Assembly (NCBI GenBank): GCA_040400365.1
Contig: JBBAQJ010000004.1
Location: forward strand, 458 to 64,457
Length of the DNA stretch: 64,000 nt
Direction: 5' to 3'
Source: Polynucleobacter sp.
GTDB taxonomy: Bacteria > Pseudomonadota > Gammaproteobacteria > Burkholderiales > Burkholderiaceae
The position numbers were made by a program, and so were the translations under genes. Positions 34,072 to 44,592 of this stretch are shown here, in pieces; position 1 is the stretch's first letter; every line of letters starts with the position of its first letter. The notes below the pieces were generated by a model. It did not search any database. It saw only the letters and a list, made by a program, of their open reading frames with translations, and was not told where the DNA came from.

Positions 34072-34614
34072 GTGGCAACGATGACAGAGAAAGCAATATT
34101 GGGTGGTGGGTGTTTTTGGTGTCTCGAGGCGGTCTATCAGCGCGTTTCGGGTGTTACCCATGTGATCTCTGGATATGCAGGAGGTCATGTTGTCAATCCA
34201 AGTTACGAGGCGGTCTGTTCAGAGTCAACGGGTCACGCCGAGGTTGTTCAAATTGAGTTTGATCCCACCATCATTTCGTATCGGCAGTTGCTAGAAATCT
34301 TCTTTGTGATTCATGATCCAACTACATTGAACTACCAGGGCAATGATGTTGGCACGCAATATCGCTCCGTGATTTATGCGCTCAACGAGCGGCAATTACA
34401 AATCGCCAATGAGCTAGTCAAAGAGCTTGAGGAGCAAAGACACTTTTCTGATCCGATTGTTACCGAAGTAATCATGGCTCCTATTTTTTATCCCGCGGAG
34501 GATTATCACCAGAACTACTACCGCAATCACCCATTTCAAGGATATTGCATGGCGGTCGTTGGACCCAAGGTTAGTAAGTTCAAAAAAACCTTTGCATCCT
34601 TACTGAAGGATTAG
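34072..34614 (+). CDS. msrA: Peptide methionine sulfoxide reductase A
   Basis: GGCFWCLE, TGHAE, QYRS, AEDYHQNY. Confidence 0.97.
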   Translation: MATMTEKAILGGGCFWCLEAVYQRVSGVTHVISGYAGGHVVNPSYEAVCSESTGHAEVVQIEFDPTIISYRQLLEIFFVIHDPTTLNYQGNDVGTQYRSVIYALNERQLQIANELVKELEEQRHFSDPIVTEVIMAPIFYPAEDYHQNYYRNHPFQGYCMAVVGPKVSKFKKTFASLLKD

Positions 34615-34623
34615 GGTTCAGTC

Positions 34624-35271
34624 TTAGGGCGCCAGGCGACTGATGCGCCATGCCTCTTGAGCCTTGGTGTACAAAATGCGATCGTGCAAACGGGAGGGGC
34701 GACCTTGCCAAAATTCGATCTTCTCAGGTTTTAAGCGATATCCCCCCCATTGGTCTGGTCGCGGAGGGTTTTTCCCAAATTGTTCTTTAAAGCGTAGCTC
34801 TTCCTGTTCTAAAAAAGCACGGCTTTCAATTTCTCGGCTTTGGGGTGAAGCCCAAGCACCAATGCGAGAGGCCGGGGGGCGTTGAAAAAAGTAATCATCG
34901 CTTTCAGCCGCACTTAGTTTGGAAACCATGCCGTTAATCCGTACTTGGCGTTCTAACTCGTGCCAATGAAACAGCAGCGCAGCTTGCGGACGGATTGCGA
35001 GTTCTTGTCCCTTTTGGCTATCGTAATTCGTAAAGAAACAAAAATCGCCCTGGCTGATCCCTTTTAACAAAACCACTCGGGCTGACGGCGTTCCTGATGC
35101 ATTCGCTGTAGCAAGTACCATTGCATTGGGCTCCGGGCACTCCGCCTGACTTGATTGCTCAAACCAGGTTTCAAATAGGATGATCGGATCTCTGGGCACC
35201 TCATGTTCCAAGAGTTGGCCTGCGGTATAGTTTTTCCGTAAATCGGCTAGGTTTTTACTGATTGAACTCAT
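34624..35271 (-). CDS. pdxH: Pyridoxamine 5'-phosphate oxidase
   Basis: [36 protein letters not shown]; start at ATG 35271. Confidence 0.96.
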   Translation of the reverse strand: MSSISKNLADLRKNYTAGQLLEHEVPRDPIILFETWFEQSSQAECPEPNAMVLATANASGTPSARVVLLKGISQGDFCFFTNYDSQKGQELAIRPQAALLFHWHELERQVRINGMVSKLSAAESDDYFFQRPPASRIGAWASPQSREIESRAFLEQEELRFKEQFGKNPPRPDQWGGYRLKPEKIEFWQGRPSRLHDRILYTKAQEAWRISRLAP

Positions 35272-35293
35272 AGATTGAGTATAAAGAGAGCCT

Positions 35294-36070
35294 ATGGCAA
35301 ACGAAAGAGTAATTGACGATACTGCCTGTGAAGCTAATTCAACCGCAGATCGACGATTTGCAGGCGTTGCTCGCCTGTACGGCGAGGATGCGTTTACCGC
35401 TTTTGGTTGCACCACCGTTGTAGTGATTGGTTTGGGCGGGGTTGGCTCGTGGGCTGCTGAGGCCTTGGCACGCTCCGCTGTTGGGCATGTGGTCTTAGTG
35501 GATTTTGATCACATTGCCCCAAGTAATGTTAATCGTCAGTTGCATGCCATCGAGGGAAGTTTTGGCAAGGCCAAGGTGCTGGCCATGGCTGAGCGTCTTC
35601 AAGCAATTAATCCAACGATCACGATCACCATGCATGATGTATTTGCGGAGCCAGCCAATTTGGAGCAGATCATTCCCAGAGGCTCATTTGTATTAGATGC
35701 CTGCGATGATGTATCGGCAAAGGTAGCGCTTGCTAGTTTTTGTAAAAGTCAGCAGATTTCATTAGTGATGTGTGGAGCGGCAGGCGGCAAGGTTGATCCC
35801 ACCCGAATTCAGATTGCTGATTTATCTAAAACTACCCAAGACCCTTTGCTAGCCAAAATCAGAGCCCAATTGCGTAAAAACCACTCATTTAGTAGGGATT
35901 TGAAGAAATCCATGGGAATTCAGGCCGTTTACTCATCCGAAGCCAGGAGGGGCACAGCCGGTGGGGGTTTGGAATGCTCTGGGTATGGCTCCGGGGTTAC
36001 CGTAACCGCAGGGTTTGGATTTGCAGCCGCCGCAGCTTGCCTTGCCCAAATAGCCAAATTGCAAGCTTAA
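35294..36070 (+). CDS. tcdA: tRNA threonylcarbamoyladenosine dehydratase (ThiF family)
   Basis: [38 protein letters not shown]. Confidence 0.92.
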   Translation: MANERVIDDTACEANSTADRRFAGVARLYGEDAFTAFGCTTVVVIGLGGVGSWAAEALARSAVGHVVLVDFDHIAPSNVNRQLHAIEGSFGKAKVLAMAERLQAINPTITITMHDVFAEPANLEQIIPRGSFVLDACDDVSAKVALASFCKSQQISLVMCGAAGGKVDPTRIQIADLSKTTQDPLLAKIRAQLRKNHSFSRDLKKSMGIQAVYSSEARRGTAGGGLECSGYGSGVTVTAGFGFAAAAACLAQIAKLQA

Positions 36071-36254
36071 TATTTTTGCTAAACTCCTGATTTACTTGAA
36101 ATGATGTTCAGGTAATTGGTTTGTCAACCCTTTGTTTTTTAGAAGCGTTAATGAACTAACCTAATGAAAGCCATTCGTAGCTACATTGGTTTTCTTAGGC
36201 TGTTGTATTTCCGTAGGAGACTACGTTTATTAATTTTTTACTTTGGAGTTTTAC

Positions 36255-36401
36255 ATGAAAAAGATCGTTGCTATGTTAGTTGCTGGTTTGTTCTCCGCTG
36301 GTGTTTTCGCTCAAGCTGCTCCAGCTAAGAAAGACGAGAAGAAAGACGCTGCTAAGCCAGCTGCTGCTGCTCCTGCTGCTAAGCCAGCTGACAAGAAGTA
36401 A
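36255..36401 (+). CDS. Small secreted Ala/Lys/Pro-rich protein (48 aa), unannotated in ORF track
   Basis: SD GGAG, MKKIVAMLVAGLFSAGVFA-QAAPAKKDEKKDAAKPAAAAPAAKPADKK*, signal-peptide pattern, strong GCT codon bias, own terminator. Confidence 0.8.
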   Translation: MKKIVAMLVAGLFSAGVFAQAAPAKKDEKKDAAKPAAAAPAAKPADKK

Positions 36402-36415
36402 TCCTTTTTGTCTCA

Positions 36416-36444
36416 AAGAACCCCAGCTTGCTGGGGTTTTTTTT
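36416..36444 (+). terminator. Rho-independent terminator
   Basis: AACCCCAGC-TT-GCTGGGGTT followed by T-tract. Confidence 0.85.
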
Positions 36445-36683
36445 ATCCAAAATTTGCCCAGATTGACTAGGGCTATCCCTGTAAGAATTTACTGATTTTT
36501 CTGTAAGCAACTATTTCTTATTGTTGTGACATGTATTGATTATTCAGTGGTTTCTCAAAATTGCTTAATTATTAATTTCATTCTTGATACTTCTATAGTT
36601 TTCAAGCACTAGTTTCAATCGTATTCGCTCCATAGACTTTCATGCGGTGGCGTTGTGCCACCGTCATCATGAAAGGAGTTCTC

Positions 36684-38066
36684 TTGGAGAAGAATGAAGG
36701 CTTAAAGCGCCATCTCAAAGTCAGACACATTCGCTTAATGGCTTTGGGTTCGACAATTGGTGTCGGATTATTTTTAGGATCTGCCACCGCAATTCAAATT
36801 GCAGGACCATCTATTTTGCTTGCCTATTTCTTGGCTGGCATGGTTGCATTTGTGGTTTTGCGAACCTTAGGTGAAATGGCTGTCCATGAACCAGTGACAG
36901 GATCATTTGCCACTTATGCCAATACCTACGTTAATCCCTTAGCCGGATATATGGTGGGTTGGGGATACTGGACCTACTGGGTGGTAGTGGCCATTGCAGA
37001 AGTTACGGCAGTTGGTATCTATATGGGGGTTTGGTTCCCAGATATACCGCAATGGATTTGGGCGCTATCGTCCATCATTCTCATGGGACTCATTAATCTA
37101 ATTGCTGTCAAAGTATTTGGTGAGTTTGAGTTTTGGTTTGCGCTCATCAAAATTATGGCGATTGTGCTCATGATTGCTCTGGGCTGCTCGGTCATCTTCT
37201 TTGGGTTTACCAATGATTGGGTGCCGATGGGGCTAAGTAATCTTTGGCAGCATGGCGGATTCTTTCCGAACGGCTTTAGCGGATTTTTGCTCTCCTTGCA
37301 TATGGTGCTGTTTGCCTATGTCGGTATTGAAATGATCGGCTTATCTGCGGGTGAGGCACAAAATCCAAAACAGACGATTCCGATGGCAATTGATTCGCTT
37401 ATTTGGCGCATTCTGATTTTTTATCTGGGCGCACTGATGGTGATCTTAGCTATCTTTCCTTGGAATGAAGTCGGTCAACAAGGTAGTCCATTTGTGGCCA
37501 TGTTTGAGCGCATTGGCTTGCGTGAGGCCGCAGGTATTATTAATTTCGTAGTAATTACCGCAGCCTTATCTGCCTGTAACGCTGGTGTATTTAGTGGCGG
37601 ACGCTTGCTATACGCCCTGTCGGCTAATGGGTATGCACCAAAGCCTTTTGTAAAGCTATCAAACAGCGGTGTTCCGCATCGCGCTGTGATCGGAACGGTT
37701 TTCGTACCCATGGCGGGCGTGGTGCTGAACTATTTTGTCCCTGAGAAGGCATTCCATTACATGATGGCAGCCGTTACTTTCGTGGGCCTTATGGTTTGGA
37801 TTTCCATTCTGTATACCCACTATCGCTTTCGGGCCAGCCTTAGCAAGGACCAACTTGCCCAACTATCGTATCGCGCTCCGTGGTGGCCTTATTCCAGCTG
37901 GTTTGCCCTGGCCTTCATTGCGCTCGTCATTGTCTTGATGAGTTTTCATGAGGATGCGCGTATGGCATTAATTGTGGGTCCCATCTTATTAACCATTTAT
38001 TTGATCCTGTATTTCGTATTGGGGATCGATAAAAAACACGTACTTCAATTAGGAGAGCAAAAATGA
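36684..38066 (+). CDS. APC/AAT-family amino-acid permease (likely alanine-related)
   Basis: LKRHLKVRHIRLMALGSTIGVGLF, FGEFEFWF, GIEMIG; SD AAGGAG before TTG 36684; coupled to ald. Confidence 0.9.
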   Translation: MEKNEGLKRHLKVRHIRLMALGSTIGVGLFLGSATAIQIAGPSILLAYFLAGMVAFVVLRTLGEMAVHEPVTGSFATYANTYVNPLAGYMVGWGYWTYWVVVAIAEVTAVGIYMGVWFPDIPQWIWALSSIILMGLINLIAVKVFGEFEFWFALIKIMAIVLMIALGCSVIFFGFTNDWVPMGLSNLWQHGGFFPNGFSGFLLSLHMVLFAYVGIEMIGLSAGEAQNPKQTIPMAIDSLIWRILIFYLGALMVILAIFPWNEVGQQGSPFVAMFERIGLREAAGIINFVVITAALSACNAGVFSGGRLLYALSANGYAPKPFVKLSNSGVPHRAVIGTVFVPMAGVVLNYFVPEKAFHYMMAAVTFVGLMVWISILYTHYRFRASLSKDQLAQLSYRAPWWPYSSWFALAFIALVIVLMSFHEDARMALIVGPILLTIYLILYFVLGIDKKHVLQLGEQK

Positions 38067-39205
38067 TTATTGGTATTCCAAAAGAAATTAAAAACAATGA
38101 GTTTCGAGTTGGCTTAACCCCCAGTCTAGTCCATGGCCTTACGCGCCAGGGCCACGCGGTATTGGTCGAAAAAAATGCCGGTGCTCACATTGGGTTTATG
38201 AATGAGCAGTACCAAGCAGCCGGAGCAACGCTCATCGAAAATGCGCAAACAGTCTTTGCAGATGCTGAGTTGATTGTGAAAGTGAAAGAGCCGCAGCCAC
38301 AGGAGTGTGCAATGCTTCACGAGGATCAAACCCTCTTTACCTATTTACATTTGGCCCCCGATCCAGTCCAGACACAAGCATTAATCGAGTCCAAAGCCAT
38401 TTGTATTGCGTATGAGACGGTGACCTCATCGAGCGGTGCATTGCCATTGTTGGCGCCCATGAGTGAGGTGGCTGGGCGGATGTCCATTCAGGCGGGGGCC
38501 GCGCATTTGGAGAAATCCAAAGGAGGCTCTGGATTATTGTTGGGGGGCATTCCTGGGGTTGCTGCTGCAAAGGTATTGATCTTGGGTGCAGGCGTTGTAG
38601 GACGTCATGCCTTACAAATTGCAGTTGGTATGGGCGCGCACGTGAGCATCATGGATCGCGACTTAGATCGATTGCGGCAGATTGATGCGCTCTACGGTAA
38701 TCGGGTGCAAACTCTATTCTCTGATCAGCAGAGCATTGAGAATGCAGTGAGAGATAGTGATTTGGTGATTGGCGCAGTGTTATTGCCGGGTGGCTCGGCT
38801 CCTAAATTAGTGACCAAGGACATGATCGGGCAGATGCGAGCCGGATCTGTTCTAGTCGATGTAGCGATTGACCAAGGTGGTTGCTTTGAGACCTCACGAC
38901 CTACGACCCATGCAGAGCCCACTTATGTTGAGCATGGAGTCATTCATTATTGTGTAGCCAATATGCCGGGTGCTGTTGCTCGAACATCGACAATTGGTTT
39001 AACCAATGCGACCTATCCCTTCATTGAACAGATTGCCAACCTTGGGGTAATGGAGGCACTGCGTCTGAACTCACACTTGAGGAATGGCTTGAGCGTGTAT
39101 CAAGGACAACTTACTTCTGCACCAGTCGCTCGGGCGCAGAAGCGGTCGTATATTTCAGCAGATGAGGCGTTACTCCGCCCTGATTTAGTCGAGGTCTGTG
39201 ACTAA
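38063..39205 (+). CDS. ald: Alanine dehydrogenase
   Basis: GIPKEIKNNEFRV, KVKEP, YLHLAP, MSEVAGR, DQGGCFETS, CVANMPG. Confidence 0.96.
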   Translation: MIIGIPKEIKNNEFRVGLTPSLVHGLTRQGHAVLVEKNAGAHIGFMNEQYQAAGATLIENAQTVFADAELIVKVKEPQPQECAMLHEDQTLFTYLHLAPDPVQTQALIESKAICIAYETVTSSSGALPLLAPMSEVAGRMSIQAGAAHLEKSKGGSGLLLGGIPGVAAAKVLILGAGVVGRHALQIAVGMGAHVSIMDRDLDRLRQIDALYGNRVQTLFSDQQSIENAVRDSDLVIGAVLLPGGSAPKLVTKDMIGQMRAGSVLVDVAIDQGGCFETSRPTTHAEPTYVEHGVIHYCVANMPGAVARTSTIGLTNATYPFIEQIANLGVMEALRLNSHLRNGLSVYQGQLTSAPVARAQKRSYISADEALLRPDLVEVCD

Positions 39206-39769
39206 GGAGGCGAGCGTTTCATGGGGGAGGGTTTCGACATGCATGGGGTATCCCTTGTGGTCGCAACCCACCATCATTTGAGCACCAGCCTTGAGTGCCT
39301 CTTTCATGGCTGGTGTTACTGGAATACGCAGGAAGTGCACGGCCGAGGTTTTCTCGGTCGTTGCTCGCTCTAAATCCTCGTCGGCAATCGCATAGACCCG
39401 TGGCTGACCTTCAACTTCAATAAAAATCTGATCTTCCACACCAACCAACTTAGCAAGTGCTACGCGACGATCCGCTTCATTAGGGTATTCAATCATCATG
39501 GTGACCTTGAAGTCTGAACCACTGGGTACCATAGGGTTGTAGGCATCTAATTCATCTTGAATGCCTTCGTCTTCAAAGGTTTTCTCAACGCGTAACATCT
39601 CTTGAATCTGATAACGCATTAAGAACTCGTTTTCAAAAATCAGTGTGAGATGCTCACCCAAATGCACGGTACGCAGTTTGCGTTCTGCAATGGCGCGCGC
39701 TCTCATTTCAGGGCGTGCTTTGTGATAAGCCTCTAGGCTTAATAAACTATCGCGAGTAATTTTTCCCAT
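39185..39769 (-). CDS. DUF3501-family protein
   Basis: FEN...RYQIQEMLRVEK, ELDAYNP, KTSAVHFL; downstream of the Fe-S oxidoreductase. Confidence 0.85.
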   Translation of the reverse strand: MGKITRDSLLSLEAYHKARPEMRARAIAERKLRTVHLGEHLTLIFENEFLMRYQIQEMLRVEKTFEDEGIQDELDAYNPMVPSGSDFKVTMMIEYPNEADRRVALAKLVGVEDQIFIEVEGQPRVYAIADEDLERATTEKTSAVHFLRIPVTPAMKEALKAGAQMMVGCDHKGYPMHVETLPHETLASLVTDLD

Positions 39770-39793
39770 TTCGATTGATCCTGTTGTCATGAT

Positions 39794-41131
39794 TTAGAGT
39801 CCGTAGGCCTTAGCCATTAATGTGAGTGGGTGAGCCATCGTGGTCTTCGGCAAACCCAGTTCATCCATCCCTTGGGCAATATGGTGCCCAGCAAGTTGGC
39901 AGTCGGAGCTAATATAGTTCGGTGATTCTTCAGCCATGCTGCGGAACACTGGACGTCCAATCTTCATTGCCATCGCATGAAACTCTTTCTTGACACCCCA
40001 GGTGCCAGAATGGCCTGAGCAGCGCTCAACCACATTCACTTCAGTCCCTGGAATGAGTTTCAATGCTTCAGCGGTTTTCTGGCCGACATTTTGTACGCGC
40101 GAATGGCAAGCAACGTGATAGCTGACATGGCCTAATTCTTCTTTGAAGTCTTGGTTCAAGAGACCATCTTTGCTGCGCGCAATAAAGTATTCAAAAGGAT
40201 CCCACATGGCATCTTTGACTGCTTGTACATCGGCATCATCCGGGAACATCAATGGCAGTTCTTGTTTGAACATCAAGGTGCAGGATGGAATTGGAGTCAC
40301 GATGGCGTAGCCCTCACGCGCCAATTTAGCAAGCTTAGGAATGTTCTTGTCCTTATTTTCTTTCACGGATTCAAGGTCACCCAATTCGAGTTTAGGCATG
40401 CCACAGCAAGCCTCTTTATCAACCAGCGCATACGGAATCTGATTGTGATTCAGAATCTTGATGAGGTCTTGACCAATACCAGGCTCGTTGTAGTTGATGT
40501 AGCAGGTTGCATAGATGGCTACTTTGCCAGGGGTGCGTTGACCATCTTTAACTGGAAACGCCGCCGATGCCTTGGCCAATTGTGGGAAGGTCTTAGCAGC
40601 ATACTCCGGAACCCATGCTTTTTTATCAACGCCCAGGGCGCCTTCCATCATTAATCGAGTAACACCTAAATTATTGACGGCATTGACTGCTTGGGTCACG
40701 ATTGGAATGCCTGCAAATTGACCTAGCTTGTCGGTCGAGGACAGCAGTTTGTCACGGAAAGTCGTTTTACCCTCCTTGAAGGCGACCGCTTTGGCGCGCA
40801 ACATCAAGTGTGGGAAATCAATATTCCATGGGTGGGGTGGGGTATAGGGACATTTGGTCATGTAACAAACATCACACAGATAACACTGATCAACCACCTT
40901 TTGATAATCTGCTTTCGCCACTCCCTCCACCTCACCTTCTTCGGTCGCATCGACAAGATCAAAAAGGGTGGGGAATGAGCCGCACAGGTTGACGCAGCGA
41001 CGGCAACCATGGCAAAGATCGAACACCCGTTCCATCTCGGCTTCGAGCTTTTCGGTGTTGTAGAAGTCCGGATTCGTCCAGTCCAGGGGGTGTCTGGTTG
41101 GGGCTTCGAGATTACCTTCGCGTAAAGTCAT
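39794..41131 (-). CDS. Fe-S oxidoreductase (GlpC/HdrB-like, rubrerythrin-associated type)
   Basis: CHGCRRC..LC, CYLCDVC...CP ferredoxin motifs, CCGMP and CSGH CCG domains. Confidence 0.88.
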   Translation of the reverse strand: MTLREGNLEAPTRHPLDWTNPDFYNTEKLEAEMERVFDLCHGCRRCVNLCGSFPTLFDLVDATEEGEVEGVAKADYQKVVDQCYLCDVCYMTKCPYTPPHPWNIDFPHLMLRAKAVAFKEGKTTFRDKLLSSTDKLGQFAGIPIVTQAVNAVNNLGVTRLMMEGALGVDKKAWVPEYAAKTFPQLAKASAAFPVKDGQRTPGKVAIYATCYINYNEPGIGQDLIKILNHNQIPYALVDKEACCGMPKLELGDLESVKENKDKNIPKLAKLAREGYAIVTPIPSCTLMFKQELPLMFPDDADVQAVKDAMWDPFEYFIARSKDGLLNQDFKEELGHVSYHVACHSRVQNVGQKTAEALKLIPGTEVNVVERCSGHSGTWGVKKEFHAMAMKIGRPVFRSMAEESPNYISSDCQLAGHHIAQGMDELGLPKTTMAHPLTLMAKAYGL

Positions 41132-41244
41132 GGGATTGCTTTCGTGGAAAAATTAAGATGAACGCAGTTTAGGGTTTTTTCCTATGATAGCCAAATTGTA
41201 TTAATTAAAAATATTGATAGATTTTATTTAAATAATTGATTTAT

Positions 41245-41832
41245 ATGGATTTTTATGGATTATTGATTTCTACCGGGGTCGTTGCCCTCGCGGAAATCGG
41301 GGACAAGACCCAGCTTTTATCGTTGATGCTCGCTGCGCGCTACCCCAAGCATGCCTGGCCGATTCTTTGGGGGATCTTGCTGGCAACCCTGGGTAACCAC
41401 GCCTTAGCTGCCTATGTGGGGCATTGGGTTGCTGGGCTACTCAGCCCTGATTTACTTCGTTGGATTCTGGGAATTGGATTTTTAGCCCTTGGTGCTTGGC
41501 TACTGATCCCCGATAAACTCGATGAAGACCAAGTTGCAAAACCAGCAAAAGGAGCTTGGGCAATTTTTGTTTTGACCACTACTTTGTTTTTCATTGCCGA
41601 GATGGGTGATAAAACCCAAATCGCCACAATTGCTCTGGGTGCGAAGTACGACAGTGTTGTGTCCGTAACGATCGGAACCACACTTGGCATGATTCTGGCA
41701 AATGCCCCGGCAGTTTGGCTTGGCAAACAATTTACTCAGCGCTTACCAATTACGTGGGTGCATCGCATTGCGGCTATGATTTTCATTCTGCTTGGAACAG
41801 CGACCCTGGTTTGGGGCGGGGATCTCGCGTAA
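41245..41832 (+). CDS. UPF0016/TMEM165/GDT1-family cation (Mn2+/Ca2+) transporter
   Basis: Twin EIGDKTQ / EMGDKTQ motifs. Confidence 0.92.
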   Translation: MDFYGLLISTGVVALAEIGDKTQLLSLMLAARYPKHAWPILWGILLATLGNHALAAYVGHWVAGLLSPDLLRWILGIGFLALGAWLLIPDKLDEDQVAKPAKGAWAIFVLTTTLFFIAEMGDKTQIATIALGAKYDSVVSVTIGTTLGMILANAPAVWLGKQFTQRLPITWVHRIAAMIFILLGTATLVWGGDLA

Positions 41833-41864
41833 GCATCAAGTCAAGATCCAACTAAAATCGTTTC

Positions 41865-44540
41865 ATGCGAACTGATTCTGCCAAGCGCTTTTTGCGCCTT
41901 CAATACAAAGCCCCTGATTATCAATTTGGCCAAGTAGAACTCGATATTGAGTTAATGCCCCAACGTACCCTCGTGCATAGTCGCATTGAGGTGATCCCGA
42001 GTGAGGTAACGCAAACTACCAAAGACGAGCTTCCCCTCATCTTGGATGGTGAAGATCTTGAGTTCATTAGCCTGCGTATCAATGGCGAGACGCATCGCCA
42101 TTTAGAGCTTACGCCGGGGAGATTGGTGATTCATGATCTGCCCCATCAAGGTAAGCAGCGGTTTGTGATTGAAATCAAAACGGCATGCATTCCCGAGAAA
42201 AACACTTCATTGATGGGGCTGTATGTTTCGCGTGGCAATTTCTTTACGCAGTGTGAGGCAGAGGGTTTTCGCAAAATCACGTATTTCCAGGATCGTCCAG
42301 ATGTAATGGCACGCTATCGGGTGACCTTGCGAGCACTCAAAGCAGATTACCCAGTCTTGCTCTCGAATGGTAATTTGATTGCCAAAGAGGATTTGGCCGA
42401 TGGTTGGCACAGCGCTATCTGGGAAGACCCATTTCCGAAGCCCTCTTATCTGTTTGCCCTAGTGGCTGGCAAATTGGTTTGTTTCGAGGATGTCGTCACG
42501 TCTTGCAGTGGCGATAAAAAACTGTTGCAAATTTGGGTTGAGCCCCGCGATCTACATAAAACCCATCACGCGATGGACTCGCTAAAGCGATCGATTGTTT
42601 GGGATGAGAAACGCTATGGGCTAGAGCTTGATTTAGAGCGATTCATGATTGTGGCCGTGAGTGATTTCAATATGGGGGCGATGGAGAACAAGGGTCTCAA
42701 TATCTTTAATACCAAATTTGTACTTGCGGATGCGCAAACGGCGACGGATACCGATTTTGCCAACGTAGAGAGCGTGGTAGCGCACGAGTATTTTCATAAT
42801 TGGACGGGCAACCGGGTCACTTGTCGGGATTGGTTTCAGTTGTCGCTGAAAGAGGGTTTAACGGTCTTTCGGGATCAGGAGTTTTCAGCCGATCAAATGG
42901 GTACAGAGTCTGGCAGGGCGGTTAAACGCATTGACGACGTGCGTTTATTGCGCCAGCTACAGTTTCCCGAGGATGCGGGACCCATGGCCCACCCGATTCG
43001 TCCTGACGAATATCAAGAAATCAATAATTTCTATACCGTTACTGTCTATGAGAAGGGCGCCGAAGTAGTGCGCATGTATCAAACGATGCTCGGTGTCGAT
43101 GGCTTTCGTCGCGGCATGGATTTGTATTTCAAGCGTCATGACGGCATGGCGGTCACCTGCGATGAGTTCATCGCCGCAATGGCGGATGCTAATGGGCGTG
43201 ATCTCAGCCAGTTTAAAAACTGGTACAGCCAATCGGGCACCCCACGGGTTCAAGTGAGGGAGCAATTTGATTCGCGCAAGCACGAGTACCGCTTGACCCT
43301 CAAGCAATCTTGCCCGCCGACTCCCGGGCAAACAACCAAACAGCCCTTTCATATTCCATTGAAAGCCAGTTTGTTATTTGAACCAGGTGTATCCATCAGT
43401 TCAAAAGAAGCTCAGTATTTTGGTCAAGAGGTATTGCTGGAGCTGACCCAGCCGGAGCAAACCTGGGTGGTGAAGCACATTCCTGCTAAACCCGTGCTTT
43501 CGATCAATCGGGATTTCTCGGCACCGATTGTGCTCGAGCATGAGCAAAGTGAAGCAGAGCTGCTTGCTCTCATGGCCAATGAAACGGATTCCTTTAACCG
43601 CTGGGAGGCTGTGCAAAAGCTAGCCCAGCAATTGATTTTGACAGATCGAGAGCCAGATCGGCGATTGCAAGAGGCCTACCGTGGATTGCTAGTCGATCCG
43701 CAACTGGACCCAGCCTTTAAGCAACTTCTCTTTACGCTGCCAGCCGAAACCTATTTGTATGAGCAGACTCAATCCGTTGATCCTCAGCAACTGCACTGGG
43801 CGCGCAGAGGCTTTAGGTCAACGCTAGCAAAAGCACTCAAATCCGATTGGGCAAAAGCCTACCGCTCGCTACGAACCTCGGCGAGCTATAGCCCGGATGC
43901 AAGAAGTATGGGTCGGCGCGCTCTCAAAAATGATGCGCTCATGATGCTCTTGGAAACCAAGGACGCTCAGTGGTATGAGGTGGCTGAAGAGCAGTACGAG
44001 CTAGCAAACAATATGACCGATCGCTTTGCTGCATTACAGGCCCTTGTATTTGCTGACGCACCGCAGGCCGAGAATGCCTTAGCGGATTTTTATCAGCGCT
44101 TTGCCGAAGACCCGCTCGTAGTTGATAAGTGGTTTGCTTTGCAGGCCACTCGACCACCACAAACTAAGGGTCAGTCTGTGCTTGGTCACGTTCAGGCGCT
44201 CATGCGTCACCCTGCTTTTCAGATGAATAACCCCAATCGGGTACGCAGCCTTATTCATGCATTTTGTTTGAGTAACCCCGGTGGATTTCATGGAGCCGAG
44301 GGCGTGACCTATGCCTATTGGGCTGAGCAAGTGATTGCACTTGATGAGATCAATCCCCAAGTAGCGGCACGACTGGCTCGTGGTTTAGATCGCTGGCAGC
44401 AGTTTGCACCGCGCTATCAAACCCCGATGAAAGTGGCACTAGAGACCGTAGCAGCAGTTAGCCATCTTTCTCCTGATGTTCGCGAGGTTGTCTCCAAAGC
44501 ATTGGCAAGCATCCATCCCAGCACCCGATCAAGGCATTGA
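41865..44540 (+). CDS. pepN: Aminopeptidase N (M1)
   Basis: TQCEAEGFR, GAMEN, HEYFH..E zinc motif. Confidence 0.97.
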   Translation: MRTDSAKRFLRLQYKAPDYQFGQVELDIELMPQRTLVHSRIEVIPSEVTQTTKDELPLILDGEDLEFISLRINGETHRHLELTPGRLVIHDLPHQGKQRFVIEIKTACIPEKNTSLMGLYVSRGNFFTQCEAEGFRKITYFQDRPDVMARYRVTLRALKADYPVLLSNGNLIAKEDLADGWHSAIWEDPFPKPSYLFALVAGKLVCFEDVVTSCSGDKKLLQIWVEPRDLHKTHHAMDSLKRSIVWDEKRYGLELDLERFMIVAVSDFNMGAMENKGLNIFNTKFVLADAQTATDTDFANVESVVAHEYFHNWTGNRVTCRDWFQLSLKEGLTVFRDQEFSADQMGTESGRAVKRIDDVRLLRQLQFPEDAGPMAHPIRPDEYQEINNFYTVTVYEKGAEVVRMYQTMLGVDGFRRGMDLYFKRHDGMAVTCDEFIAAMADANGRDLSQFKNWYSQSGTPRVQVREQFDSRKHEYRLTLKQSCPPTPGQTTKQPFHIPLKASLLFEPGVSISSKEAQYFGQEVLLELTQPEQTWVVKHIPAKPVLSINRDFSAPIVLEHEQSEAELLALMANETDSFNRWEAVQKLAQQLILTDREPDRRLQEAYRGLLVDPQLDPAFKQLLFTLPAETYLYEQTQSVDPQQLHWARRGFRSTLAKALKSDWAKAYRSLRTSASYSPDARSMGRRALKNDALMMLLETKDAQWYEVAEEQYELANNMTDRFAALQALVFADAPQAENALADFYQRFAEDPLVVDKWFALQATRPPQTKGQSVLGHVQALMRHPAFQMNNPNRVRSLIHAFCLSNPGGFHGAEGVTYAYWAEQVIALDEINPQVAARLARGLDRWQQFAPRYQTPMKVALETVAAVSHLSPDVREVVSKALASIHPSTRSRH

Positions 44541-44592
44541 TTTTGCTAGGATAAAATTACAGACTTCATGTAATCTTGTTGTCAAGGTTTAT

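Noticed and set aside
35272-35415. N-terminal extension of pdxH overlapping tcdA
   Set aside because: PdxH homology starts at ATG 35271; the extension would overlap the divergent gene
36280-36495. 71-aa ORF-track call
   Set aside because: Wrong frame; crosses the terminator. The real gene is 36255-36401, with SD and signal peptide
41132-41244. yybP-ykoY Mn riboswitch expected upstream of a UPF0016 gene
   Set aside because: Region is short, AT-rich and lacks the GC-rich stems and conserved loops
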